From: Promethearchaeota archaeon
GTDB taxonomy: Archaea; Asgardarchaeota; Lokiarchaeia; Sigyniarchaeales; SOKP01
Length of the DNA stretch: 64,000 nucleotides
NCBI GenBank assembly: GCA_030599585.1
Contig: JAUVNS010000001.1
Location: forward strand, 64,001 to 128,000
Reading direction: 5' to 3'
Each line of letters begins with the position of its first letter. Position 1 is the first letter of the stretch. This document shows, piece by piece, positions 29,625 to 39,804 of this stretch. The notes below the pieces were generated by a model. That model saw only the letters and a list, made by a program, of their open reading frames with translations, was not told where the DNA came from and did no database searches. The position numbers were made by a program, and so were the translations under genes.

Positions 29625-31148
29625 TTAAGATATATACCTCAGTAGTAAATCTTGCGTGCGATTAAGAAAATCTTGAAGATGTTGGTTAATGATATCTTTT
29701 TTACTTTCTTCATCAATTAAAAAGAGGACATATAACTCGTAGTTTACGATTTCTACTCGCTTTAACAAGATTATTGAGTTTGAAACTCTAAAGATTGCTT
29801 CTTCTTTCTCAGACAATTTAAATTTGTAAAAAATCTTGAATAATGTAGTAAACTGAGGGGCAACGACTTCAAACACATTTATTAACTCTTCAGAATTTTG
29901 CATATTAGTAATTTTCATTGCTTCTGGGGTGAAGTGCTCTGCTAACACTAAACCATCGCTACTCAAAAGGAGCACTAACGATGAGCCTGTGAGCGAAGTA
30001 AATTCTCGAAGATTTTGTTCGATTAAATTCCTATTTGGGCTCAATTTTGCTATACCAGATGAAAAAGCTCTTAAAATTGAAAAGATTTTAAACATACTCG
30101 TCACATATATTTCAGGACTTCCGATAGAAGATAAATTTGTTAAGTTTTTTTTAAGGTCTTTTATGTTTGATTGCATTTCAATAGAATCGATAATGTCAGG
30201 ATCTCCTTTCGAAAAAATGTAAATTATTGGAGTATTCTGCTCCAAATTTTTCAAAGCAGTTCTAATTTTTTTGAGATATTCAATGCTTTCGCTGAACCTC
30301 TCTTCATCTCGAAGGTCGATAAAATAAAAGAGCAAATCAGCTTCAAATAAGTAAATTTGAGATTTATCGAGATATCCTTCTTGATAGCGTCGTTGTCCCC
30401 CTAAGTCCCACAAAAAGATATTTGTTCCTAAAGCTTCTATTGAGCTTACATCTGCTCCTCTTGTGGGTTTTAATCCAATCAGCTTTGAGAATTTTCTATC
30501 AACAGATAATATAAAGCTGGTTTTTCCGCTATTATCAAGACCAGAGAGAATAATTTTCATTTTTCTCTGTGTTGTTATTGGTGTTGATGGTGTTTGTTCA
30601 ATGTTAATTATTTTTTCTAAGAGCTTTTTAAAATCTCTTGCTACCTGTTCTTGAGGTAATAGTTCTTCAGTGATATGTTTATCAAATTCTGAAAAAAAAT
30701 CAGTAATTACATTTTTTAATCGTTTTATATTATCGTATAAGAAACTCCTTTTTTTTTCATCTATTAATATGCAAAAAGCACTTGCTAGTGGTATTTCTGA
30801 AAATTTAGCATCAATAAAATGAAAGTAACTAAGCGAAGTTAAATGAAAATCAGGAAATGGCATGATACCAAAATGGTGGTATTTCTTCAATGCGTTAAAA
30901 TCTTGTTTAAAAATATTTCCATCCCCAAGTAATAAGGAGATATTTTTAATCGCAATCTGCGTGTAATCTCTTAAGGAAATTCCAAGTTTATTCGCCTCTC
31001 CATTATCTGAATTGGCTTTTTCCCGCAGGTCCTCATCAATAGGCTCTGGAAACATATAAATTGGTTGAGGTCCGAGTTTATCGAATGCAGAGAATAATAT
31101 TCCTTTAATTATAGACGATTCAATTAATTTATCAATTAATTTATCCAT
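29625..31148 (-). CDS. uDENN/longin + Arf/Rag-like GTPase + roadblock fusion
   Basis: FSAFDKLGPQP N-terminal domain; GLDNSGKT, PTRG, WDLGGQ, SKGD, TSMF; C-terminal VLLLSSDGLVLAE roadblock. Confidence 0.85.
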   Translation of the reverse strand: MDKLIDKLIESSIIKGILFSAFDKLGPQPIYMFPEPIDEDLREKANSDNGEANKLGISLRDYTQIAIKNISLLLGDGNIFKQDFNALKKYHHFGIMPFPDFHLTSLSYFHFIDAKFSEIPLASAFCILIDEKKRSFLYDNIKRLKNVITDFFSEFDKHITEELLPQEQVARDFKKLLEKIINIEQTPSTPITTQRKMKIILSGLDNSGKTSFILSVDRKFSKLIGLKPTRGADVSSIEALGTNIFLWDLGGQRRYQEGYLDKSQIYLFEADLLFYFIDLRDEERFSESIEYLKKIRTALKNLEQNTPIIYIFSKGDPDIIDSIEMQSNIKDLKKNLTNLSSIGSPEIYVTSMFKIFSILRAFSSGIAKLSPNRNLIEQNLREFTSLTGSSLVLLLSSDGLVLAEHFTPEAMKITNMQNSEELINVFEVVAPQFTTLFKIFYKFKLSEKEEAIFRVSNSIILLKRVEIVNYELYVLFLIDEESKKDIINQHLQDFLNRTQDLLLRYIS

Positions 31149-31229
31149 AAGTTGGGGTTCTGGAATATAGTTTTTTAATATTAATTAATTATCAATCTAA
31201 TTATATTAAATTATATATAGATTAATTAT

Positions 31230-32186
31230 ATGCTAGATAAAATTGCTGAATATATTAGAACAAATCTAAACATCATAGAAAAGACTGAAATTAGCCCATT
31301 TGTTCAAAATATTAACGAGAATTCCTATAAAAGCCCTCGAATATTTTCAGATATTGGTCAAGACTCAGCAGCTGTTACAAATAATAACGATATGCTCACA
31401 TTAATCACTACTGATAGAATAAAGACTAGTTATATAGAAAATTTCCCATTGGGTGCGGGATTTAGCTCAATCTTGGTCGGTGTAGACGATATATATGCGT
31501 GTGGAGGAAAACCGATAGCAGCAAGCATAATTATATCATTCAAAGATCAAATCCTTGGTCAAAAAATGATCGATGGTATTTGTAAGGGTTCGAGATTATT
31601 TCAGGTTCCAATAGTTCGTGGTCACACGAATTTAAAAGAGTTTAACGAATTGAGTTCGACTGTGATAGGCGAAATTAAGAAAGACGAGTATATATCTGCG
31701 ACTAATGCGCAAGATAAAGACGAAATTATCCTAGCTGTAGATTTTAGTGGAAATGTTGGAAAAGCAAGTAAGCTCCATTGGGATACAGTTACTTTTAAAA
31801 GCTCTGAGGAAGTTTTGAATAAAAGGAAGTCGATGAATGAAATTGCTAAACTAAAAATCGTAAACTCCGCTAAGGATATATCAAACGGAGGTATTTTCGG
31901 CACGATTTTACAGTTAATTAATTATTCCAAAGTTGGAGCGGACATAAATATAGAAAAGATCGTAATGCCTCCCGTGTTAATAGAAAAAGCTTACAATTTA
32001 GAGACCTATATGCAAATGTATTTAACAACCTCATATGTTTTAACCGCCCCAGAAAAGACAAGTCAAGATGTAGTAAAGATTTTCAACGATCATGGAATGT
32101 TTGCTGCTGTAATTGGAAGGATAAGGAATGAACAAGAATTAAATATTACTGACGGTCAAGATACAATTAAAGTTATAGAATTTTAA
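31230..32186 (+). CDS. AIR synthase-related protein (PurM/ThiL/SelD superfamily)
   Basis: GQDSAA, VDDIYACGGKP, VRGHT, AKDISNGGIFGT. Confidence 0.85.
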   Translation: MLDKIAEYIRTNLNIIEKTEISPFVQNINENSYKSPRIFSDIGQDSAAVTNNNDMLTLITTDRIKTSYIENFPLGAGFSSILVGVDDIYACGGKPIAASIIISFKDQILGQKMIDGICKGSRLFQVPIVRGHTNLKEFNELSSTVIGEIKKDEYISATNAQDKDEIILAVDFSGNVGKASKLHWDTVTFKSSEEVLNKRKSMNEIAKLKIVNSAKDISNGGIFGTILQLINYSKVGADINIEKIVMPPVLIEKAYNLETYMQMYLTTSYVLTAPEKTSQDVVKIFNDHGMFAAVIGRIRNEQELNITDGQDTIKVIEF

Positions 32187-32274
32187 TCTTCTAAGGTTTA
32201 ATCTAATCGATAAGAAGTAAGCTATGAGAAACACCATTTATCCCACATCTAACGATAATTTTAGTTATTAGCCT

Positions 32275-32493
32275 TTACTTAAGATCTGACAATCTAAAAA
32301 TTTGTTTCGGAGTAATTGTATTACAAATAGGACACTGATAAACTAGTTTTTCATTTTTGGGCGTATGATGAATTAGTTCCATGATGTGTCCACAAGCTGG
32401 GCAATATGTTGGAAAATCTTTTCGATGGGGGGTTAAAAAAAAATTTGGTTTAAATCTGTGTTTTGTTTCCATATAATAATAGTATGATTTCAT
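32275..32493 (-). CDS. small zinc-ribbon protein
   Basis: CPACG…YQCPIC. Confidence 0.65.
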   Translation of the reverse strand: MKSYYYYMETKHRFKPNFFLTPHRKDFPTYCPACGHIMELIHHTPKNEKLVYQCPICNTITPKQIFRLSDLK

Positions 32494-32658
32494 GCATTTA
32501 ACTTTTTGCTTTCGGTCATATGATGATCATTTTAGAACATTTGAAGATCAATAAATTCATTTTGAAAAATAATAATTTATTGGATACTTATCTTTCTAAT
32601 AAAATAATAATATTCGAGCAATATTAGGAATTATAAAAAAACAAGATATTGAAATAAA

Positions 32659-33219
32659 ATGAGTTTTAATTTCAAAAATAAATTTAAGGGAACAATCTCT
32701 ATTATTGGCACGAGTGACATCGAACCAAGAACAGAAGAGATAGCTATAGAATTAGGACGGTTATTAGCTATTAATAATTATGCCGTGGCGTGCGGGGGGT
32801 TGTATGGTGTTATGGAAGCCGTTTGTAAGGGCGCTAAAAAAGAAGGTGGTTTTACTATAGGTATTATTCCTTACGAAGATAAGAGTCGAGCAAATGAGTT
32901 TATAGATGTTGTAATACCAGTCCCTTTTTCTCAGGCTCGAAATATTGTTGTAGTATTGAGTGGTGATGCTTGTGTCGCTGTAGAAGGAAAGGCTGGGACT
33001 CTTTCTGAAATCTGTTTTGCTTGGATATATGGGAAACCTATTATTGCACTAACTGGTGAAATTCATGGGTGGTCTTCCAAAATGGCGGGAAAAAAAATCG
33101 ATGACAGGAGGAGTGATTCGATCTATGGAGCTACATCAGCTCAAGAAGTCGTTGACCGATTGAACGACATTTTTAAAACTAAACCCAATATCAAGTATAA
33201 GATGCCTACTGAATTTTAA
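32659..33219 (+). CDS. TIGR00725-type SLOG/LOG family protein
   Basis: CGGLYGVMEAVCKGA…GIIP…ARN…GTLSEI. Confidence 0.88.
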   Translation: MSFNFKNKFKGTISIIGTSDIEPRTEEIAIELGRLLAINNYAVACGGLYGVMEAVCKGAKKEGGFTIGIIPYEDKSRANEFIDVVIPVPFSQARNIVVVLSGDACVAVEGKAGTLSEICFAWIYGKPIIALTGEIHGWSSKMAGKKIDDRRSDSIYGATSAQEVVDRLNDIFKTKPNIKYKMPTEF

Positions 33220-33390
33220 ATAGGAATTTTTTTTCGATATTTTATCCAAAAATCATCCTTGAAAATAATATTAAACCATCAATATGCTATAGAGTATATA
33301 TAAGGTTAGGTTAATTTTATAAGAACGGGCTACATAAGAAACATAAGAATATATACTTGAAATTTTTTATCTAATACCGGTGAGATTATT

Positions 33391-34356
33391 TTGACAATTC
33401 AATTTTTAGATGAGAAAAAGAAAACAAAAGAATCCGTTAGCCCAAGTAAACTCCTTTTCACAGGATTGGACAATGCTGGAAAAACGACTATAATCCAAGG
33501 AATTCAGCGTGAGTTTTCGAAAATCGCGTTTCTCAAACCTACACGAGGTGCTCAGAGAAGAATTTTTGAATTTATGGGACGGGAAATTGCAGAATGGGAC
33601 CTCGGGGGACAGATAAGTTATCGAATCTCTTATTTGAAAAACCCTGGAAAGTATTTTGACGACACTGAGATCACTATTTATGTTATAGATGTTCAAAATC
33701 GTGTCAGGATTCCCGAAGCCCTTAGTTATCTAAAAGACGTAGTTGACCGGTTTAAAAAACTTGAAATAGCTCCACCAATATATGTGTTCCTCCATAAATA
33801 CGATCCCGCGCTAAGAAGAAATGCCCTAAACGAAATGAAGAATCTCGAAGTAGAAATTAAGGATAAAATAAAAAGAACCGTAGATTATAAGGAAATCTTT
33901 TATTACACGACATCTATTTATGATTTGCCGAGTATAATTAAAGCCATGTCCGAAATCCTGCTCAGTTTGTATCCGAAATCAGAATTAATTGAAAAAACTA
34001 TAATAGAATTTGGCAAAAAAACCTCTTCTGACGGAGTTGTACTTTTGGATGATAATTCTCTTATCGTTGGAAGCTATTATAAAGACGAGGAAATAAAGAA
34101 TCTCCTCACGGCGAGTACCCCTTATTTTTTGACTTTAAACGATTCATTTATCTTTACCGAAGTACAACCAGGACGCCAACATGAAGAAAATCACATGATT
34201 GTACAAAGATATGGAAGGAATTTTATCTTCAAACAACTTACATTTAAAGAGGGATCGAGTCCTTATTACATCCTTATGCTTAAGCAAGATACGAATATAA
34301 ATAAAGACGAAATTGAAACCTTTGCTAATCTCTTAAAACAAATTTTATATAGTTAA
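33391..34356 (+). CDS. Rag-like small GTPase (Arf-like G1/G3) with a C-terminal roadblock domain
   Basis: GLDNAGKT, PTRG, WDLGGQ, HKYD, TSIY; C-terminal GVVLLDDNSLIVGS; TTG start. Confidence 0.88.
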   Translation: MTIQFLDEKKKTKESVSPSKLLFTGLDNAGKTTIIQGIQREFSKIAFLKPTRGAQRRIFEFMGREIAEWDLGGQISYRISYLKNPGKYFDDTEITIYVIDVQNRVRIPEALSYLKDVVDRFKKLEIAPPIYVFLHKYDPALRRNALNEMKNLEVEIKDKIKRTVDYKEIFYYTTSIYDLPSIIKAMSEILLSLYPKSELIEKTIIEFGKKTSSDGVVLLDDNSLIVGSYYKDEEIKNLLTASTPYFLTLNDSFIFTEVQPGRQHEENHMIVQRYGRNFIFKQLTFKEGSSPYYILMLKQDTNINKDEIETFANLLKQILYS

Positions 34357-34485
34357 CTTCTACTCTTTTTAAAACCTTTTTGTCAACATTAATAAAATCG
34401 AATTTATTTATTAGTACTATATATTGTCAAATCTTTCTAAGAGAAAATTTTCCTAATTTGATAATTGGTCGAGGAGGTAAACACT

Positions 34486-35550
34486 GTGATAATCTGTTCT
34501 AATTGTGGGACTACTAACAATGAATCAGCAGGTAATATTTGTAGAAAGTGTGGAGCATTACTTCCGAGGTCACGTAGACCACCAAGAATGAGAATTGCTC
34601 CAAAGAAAAAAGAAATCTTAGAACCTCAGGGAGAAAAGACAAAGGTAAAAACAAAAACAAAAACAAAAAAAACTCCACAACCAGCTAAATCCCAGAAAAA
34701 ACCACCAGTTAAGAAGGAACAAACAAAACCTACAAGTTTGGATCTTCATGAAATCCCGAAAGTTAAAGCATTGAATAACGACCAAGTCGAAATTTCGGAA
34801 GATGATATAGATGAAGAGGAAATAATTGAAGATGATTTCGATGATGATTTAGACGATCTGGAAGAAGATACAGATTTTCTACAGGAAATTGCTCCACAAC
34901 CATTCAGAGGCTCGATAATTGCTGATAAAGGCGTTTATGGACAACCTAAACCAAAAAGAAAGGTTTCACGTTCTAAGTCCAAAAAAGGCATTCAAGACGG
35001 AGTTGGTTCCGAAAGCACTGAATCCAACCTTCTAAAGCAGAAACAATTGGAAGAAGATATGACTAAAGTGCTTTCATTCTTGTCAAAGAAAATTACTGTA
35101 AAACCCTTAAAACCAGTTAAAAAAGGGGTAAAAGCTTCATCAAAACCTAAAGATTCCATACCTCCCTCGAGTATGAACGAAATCTTGAAAGATTTGTTAA
35201 AATTAGACTTACACATTGAAGCGTCTGCGATTATTAAAAAAGATGGGACAATATTAGCCTCAGCTCTTAGTTCAAGGATTTCAGATTCCCTTTTTGCGAC
35301 AATTGCAGCCAACCTGTCAATGATGGGAGTGGATATAATTGAAGGGTTAAGTGCTGGAACCTTATTAAATATGTCTATAAGGGGCACTGATGGAGTACTA
35401 GACTTAGCGCCTATCAGCTTTAAAAACCTTCCTGGAGACGAGATGATCTTAATTATTTTTTCGCATCCCAAAATCAAGAGTGGAATAATACACTTCGCAG
35501 TCAGTATTGTAAAGAAACGAGTAAAGCAATATCTAGGTTTATCAAAATAA
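34486..35550 (+). CDS. zinc ribbon + low-complexity linker + roadblock/LC7 (MglB/LAMTOR-like) protein
   Basis: GGAGG then GTG at 34486; CSNC…CRKC; Lys-rich then Asp/Glu-rich tracts; IEASAIIKKDGTILAS…GTLLNMSIRGTDG roadblock. Confidence 0.82.
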   Translation: MIICSNCGTTNNESAGNICRKCGALLPRSRRPPRMRIAPKKKEILEPQGEKTKVKTKTKTKKTPQPAKSQKKPPVKKEQTKPTSLDLHEIPKVKALNNDQVEISEDDIDEEEIIEDDFDDDLDDLEEDTDFLQEIAPQPFRGSIIADKGVYGQPKPKRKVSRSKSKKGIQDGVGSESTESNLLKQKQLEEDMTKVLSFLSKKITVKPLKPVKKGVKASSKPKDSIPPSSMNEILKDLLKLDLHIEASAIIKKDGTILASALSSRISDSLFATIAANLSMMGVDIIEGLSAGTLLNMSIRGTDGVLDLAPISFKNLPGDEMILIIFSHPKIKSGIIHFAVSIVKKRVKQYLGLSK

Positions 35551-35567
35551 AAATCGTGTTCTTAACA

Positions 35568-36365
35568 TCAATGTAACTGCTTTTGCACACTAATTTTTTC
35601 AACCGTGACTGTTTTAAAATATGGCAAATTTACTGATAGTTCTTGCAAAAACGAGTTCAAATTTACAATTGCCACAAGTGGGACTGAATTATCGTTAATT
35701 TTTATCCAATTTGATTCTACTGTAACCATAAGCGGAATTAGAGTAAATGGTAACCGTTTTTTATAGTTATAGCTTAATCCTAATATCTCTTGAATCATAT
35801 TCGACAGGATTTCTGGATTCTTTTTAAGGGCTTTTACTCGCTGATATTGTAAATTCGCAGCCTTGTTCATGGCGGAATAAGAATCTTTGCGCTTCCATTG
35901 TTTAGCGTCTATAACAAGTATATAGTTTTGATAAATCCCTATTACATCAATTTCGTATCGTTTTTGAGAAGTTTCATATTTTAACTCAGACTTATCTGAA
36001 AACCTATAATTTTTTATCACCTTATAATGATTTTGAGATAAAATTTCTTGAATTAGCGCTTCGAATCCGTCGTAGTTTAATAAATATGATAATTGGTTTA
36101 TATCTAAATCCAAGTAGTTGAAGCATCTCGTAATAAACGCAATTTTGTCAATTACAAGGTAAGGTATGTAATTCCCTTTTTGAATCGTGATAAATTCAAA
36201 TCCTTTTATAAAATCCAGGACTTCACATTTATCAAAAGTCTTAAAAAGATCAATATCAGAAAACTCAAACCACAATTCGGTGACTTCCGAATTCGATTCT
36301 TTAAGTAAGTCGTAAATATCTGAAAAGAAATGTTTAACTGATGAATAAGAAAAAGGATCGATCAT
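35568..36365 (-). CDS. PD-(D/E)xK nuclease (Mrr/NERD-like)
   Basis: FEALIQEIL…YEIDVIG…VIDAKQW. Confidence 0.75.
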   Translation of the reverse strand: MIDPFSYSSVKHFFSDIYDLLKESNSEVTELWFEFSDIDLFKTFDKCEVLDFIKGFEFITIQKGNYIPYLVIDKIAFITRCFNYLDLDINQLSYLLNYDGFEALIQEILSQNHYKVIKNYRFSDKSELKYETSQKRYEIDVIGIYQNYILVIDAKQWKRKDSYSAMNKAANLQYQRVKALKKNPEILSNMIQEILGLSYNYKKRLPFTLIPLMVTVESNWIKINDNSVPLVAIVNLNSFLQELSVNLPYFKTVTVEKISVQKQLH

Positions 36366-36463
36366 ATTCTAACTGAAGATGATGGTATAAAATAATATAA
36401 GGAGAGTATCGATATATTGATTAAATGAAGTATTTTGAGTTTATACTTTCTTTTATTAGAAAG

Positions 36464-36889
36464 CTAACTGGGCTCGTCAGGATTCTCAATAAGTTTTTTT
36501 ACTTCATTAAATTCGGTTAGAACTCCCTGATAAATAAATTCTTTTAGCTCGTTAATGTCTTGACACTCATCAATCTTCTCTTCTAAATCGTGATAAGGAA
36601 ACCCTATTCTTGTATTTTGTAGCCGAGCTATTTCAAAACCAAATTTTGAAAGAGTATAACTAACTAACTCTCTTATAAGAGGCGCTGTTAAAATTTTAAG
36701 GTTAGACGACGCTATAAAACGGAATACGTCAAGCGTCACCTTTTCAGCGTCCTTTTCAGAAAGACTCGTTTCTTTAACAAGCCTATCATAGATGCGATTG
36801 GGATCGAATTTGTTCTTCTTTACAATACCCTCCTTTTTATCTTTATAAAGGACTTCTGGAAACGATTGAATTATTTTTTCGTCAAACAT
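36464..36889 (-). CDS. stand-alone ATP-cone domain protein
   Basis: FDPNRIYDRLVKET…LTAPLIRELV…TRIGFP resembles the N-terminus of anaerobic ribonucleotide reductase. Confidence 0.75.
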   Translation of the reverse strand: MFDEKIIQSFPEVLYKDKKEGIVKKNKFDPNRIYDRLVKETSLSEKDAEKVTLDVFRFIASSNLKILTAPLIRELVSYTLSKFGFEIARLQNTRIGFPYHDLEEKIDECQDINELKEFIYQGVLTEFNEVKKLIENPDEPS

Positions 36890-37237
36890 TTTAGGAGTTT
36901 TAACTTTGATTTTAATGATTAAATTATAAAAAGAAATACTTTTCATTAAAGCCTATTATTAAATTTTTATTAATTCCCTTAAATGATACTGAAAAGATTT
37001 ACAGATAGCGATTTTGTACTTCATTTTATAATCGTTTTTGAGTAAAATTGAATAATAAAACTTGAATAAATTTATAAAAGGATTTCCTTTTGATATTAGT
37101 ATATTTATATAATATATTATTTTAAATGGTTTTATAAGAAATTAGGATAAAATAGGTTTATGATTATACTTAGAAGCAGTGTCTTTTTAGCTAACTTCTT
37201 TTAAATCTTAGATAGTAGCCAAGATTGTCGTAGGATT

Positions 37238-38650
37238 ATGTCAGAACAGAAAAATAGTATTATTAAATCAATAGTTTTAAGTTTATTTGACGACGATGGA
37301 CCCACCCCTAAGATTTACTGGCCTACAGCAATGGACGAATCGTCACGCTTGCTAATAGCGATGAAAACGATTTCGCTATTAATGGGGGATTCTGTGTATC
37401 AAAATGGAACTTCGTCAGATAGTGTTAATTATTTCGGCATATTACCTTTTCCAGATTTAAAATTGAACGGGTTGACATATTTCTTCTTAATTCTTGATCC
37501 GACGGCCAGAGGCAACGCTAAGGCAGCTACTATTACCGTTCTAATAAATGAAGACGATAGGGTTTTTTTCTACGAAAATATGAAGTATTTAAGAGTCATA
37601 ATAGATAAATCTGCGTCAAGAGTTCAATTAGCTAAAACGATGGAAGAAAACCAAACAATTATGGATGATTTAAAAGAAGAATTATTCAATTTTACTAGCG
37701 AGATAAAGGATCCCTTCCTAAATTTGAGACAAATCAAAATTCTTATGACAGGATTGGATCGAGCGGGAAAAACAAGTTTCTTGCATGCCGTTAAGCAAAG
37801 ATATAGTGAAATTATCAAAACTTTACCAACTAAGGGAGTCGCACGAAGCGAAGAAAAGATATTCGAAGAACAAAATTCTAAGATATCGCTTTGGGATTTA
37901 GGGGGGCAAAAGAAGTACAGAGATAAATTTATTGAACAAAGAAAAGTTTACCTCTACAACGTTGATCTACTTTATTATTTTATAGATATTCAAGATTCAG
38001 AAAGGATTTCGGAAGCAATTGAATTGTTTGAAACCGTCATCAATTCTCTTATCGAATTGGAAGAATTTCCCCCAATTGTTGTATGCCTCAATAAATTTGA
38101 TCCCGATATTAAAAATGCGAAGGAAATTAAAAAAAATATTAAAACTGTAAATGAAAACATTCATTTAATCTCTGAAAGGTTTTTTGTGAAGATTTTCCAG
38201 ACTTCTATCTTTGATCATTGGTCGTTAGTCTCAGCTTATTCCTACGGTTTATCGCAATTAAGCCCTAATAGGGAACTGTTTCAAAATCAATTAAAGCATT
38301 TTGCGAAGAAAATAAATTCCGATGCAATACTATTGCTCAACGAAAATGGAATTATCCTTTCAAATTTCTCTAAGCCTGGCATTTCTGAAAGGGTTTTTGA
38401 AATTTCTGCCCCTCACTTCCAAACATTGTATAAAACATTTAAGGAATTTAAAATACTTAAACAAGATTTTTTAATTTCATCTGGAATAACTTCTGAATCA
38501 AAGAAAATAATATTTAAAAGGATTCCTGTTGAGAAATATAACCTTTACCTACTTTTGTTCTTGGAAAAAGAGCTAAATATTGATAAAATAGATAAAAATT
38601 TACCTAAATTATCTAAAAACTTGAATGATTTAATCCAGACTTACATATAA
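37238..38650 (+). CDS. uDENN/longin + Arf/Rag-like GTPase + roadblock fusion
   Basis: LSLFDDDGPTP…FGILPFPD…LDPTARG; GLDRAGKT, PTKG, WDLGGQ, NKFD, TSIF; AILLLNENGIILS roadblock. Confidence 0.88.
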   Translation: MSEQKNSIIKSIVLSLFDDDGPTPKIYWPTAMDESSRLLIAMKTISLLMGDSVYQNGTSSDSVNYFGILPFPDLKLNGLTYFFLILDPTARGNAKAATITVLINEDDRVFFYENMKYLRVIIDKSASRVQLAKTMEENQTIMDDLKEELFNFTSEIKDPFLNLRQIKILMTGLDRAGKTSFLHAVKQRYSEIIKTLPTKGVARSEEKIFEEQNSKISLWDLGGQKKYRDKFIEQRKVYLYNVDLLYYFIDIQDSERISEAIELFETVINSLIELEEFPPIVVCLNKFDPDIKNAKEIKKNIKTVNENIHLISERFFVKIFQTSIFDHWSLVSAYSYGLSQLSPNRELFQNQLKHFAKKINSDAILLLNENGIILSNFSKPGISERVFEISAPHFQTLYKTFKEFKILKQDFLISSGITSESKKIIFKRIPVEKYNLYLLLFLEKELNIDKIDKNLPKLSKNLNDLIQTYI

Positions 38651-39038
38651 CTTTCCGCTAATTTGTATCACTCTTAATCCTGAATTCTTTTGACTTTACT
38701 TGATAGATTTTCTATGATGCTTTGGGTTGTGTCCCTTAGCATCTTTAAAATTATCTAATTCAATGTATATACTCCATAACATTAAGAAATTCATATAAAA
38801 CTATGAAGAATTATGATTAAAATCAAAAGAAAATAGCATCATAAATGAATAGTATAAAACATGGAGGTATCAAAAAAAGTGGAAAACCTGATTAAATACA
38901 TTTTCTATTTTTTCCTTTCGGCCTTGTTCTTCTCGTAATTGATTTTAAATTCACTTTTAATACTATATTAAAAAAAAATCCGGCGATTCTGGAGTAGTCC
39001 CTTTTGATGGGCAACAAGAATCGACTTTTTGATATCTT

Positions 39039-39491
39039 TTATTTTTCTGGTTCAGCTCTAAACCTGTATTCTGCAACCCAAGATGTGTGAGCCTGAGAGA
39101 TAAGATTTTCAATTCGCTCTACAAACAATTTTTGCTTATCTTGAGCTTTACCATATTCATTTATGTTTGCTTTGAAGTAGTACTGCTCTTTTTTCAATAA
39201 TTCAGCAACCGATCTATAATTTACCCATTTTTCTTGAAATTTCAGAAATCTTATGGTTGGTGCTATAAAGGCTATAAGTATGGATGTAATCACGGAAAGA
39301 ACTCGCAAAATAGGGAATTCTTGGAAGATAATATCTATGATGATTAAAAGTGGAGTCATTGATGTTAAAGCAATTAAAGTTAATTGTAGAGTTGTATTCC
39401 AGTTTTTATTAAATCTAGCCTTGTTTTCATACCATTGTCTTTGATTTTCATATCTATCCTTTAAATATGTTTCAAATTCGTTATCGTTCAT
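39039..39491 (-). CDS. DUF4231 / SLATT two-TM domain protein
   Basis: YLKDRYENQRQWYENKA…2TM…FQEKWVNYRSVAELLKKE…FVERIE. Confidence 0.85.
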   Translation of the reverse strand: MNDNEFETYLKDRYENQRQWYENKARFNKNWNTTLQLTLIALTSMTPLLIIIDIIFQEFPILRVLSVITSILIAFIAPTIRFLKFQEKWVNYRSVAELLKKEQYYFKANINEYGKAQDKQKLFVERIENLISQAHTSWVAEYRFRAEPEK

Positions 39492-39804
39492 TTTCGCTCA
39501 ATATATTATTATTTTTAAAAACAATTTGGAAATACTTTGATTAATTTAATTACTACATTTCATGATTTTTAACTTTTTATTAACTTGAACGATAGTAATT
39601 ATCACAAGCTAAGAAACATCCCGTTTCTATTTCATTAATAGATTAATTTTTTTTCTTAAACATTCAATATGGATATTAAGCAAAGCGTTTACTAAGAGAT
39701 TATAAATAGATTGAGATTTTGGGAGTGTAAATTTCTCATAGAGAGGCTTAATAAGGCGTGATTAAAACACACAAAATATCACAAACAAAATAAAAAGAAA
39801 AATT

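Noticed and set aside
31230-32186. Selenophosphate synthetase SelD
   Set aside because: Lacks the N-terminal Cys/Sec-x-x-Lys motif; only assignable to the AIR-synthase-related superfamily
38651-39038. Possible small ORF or ncRNA in the gap after the GTPase
   Set aside because: Only very short ORFs were found and no convincing structure or tRNA-like pattern
25632-39491. A single defence island made of macro, SLOG, nuclease and SLATT genes
   Set aside because: The genes are kilobases apart, in mixed orientations and interleaved with housekeeping genes; macro and TIGR00725 proteins are usually housekeeping
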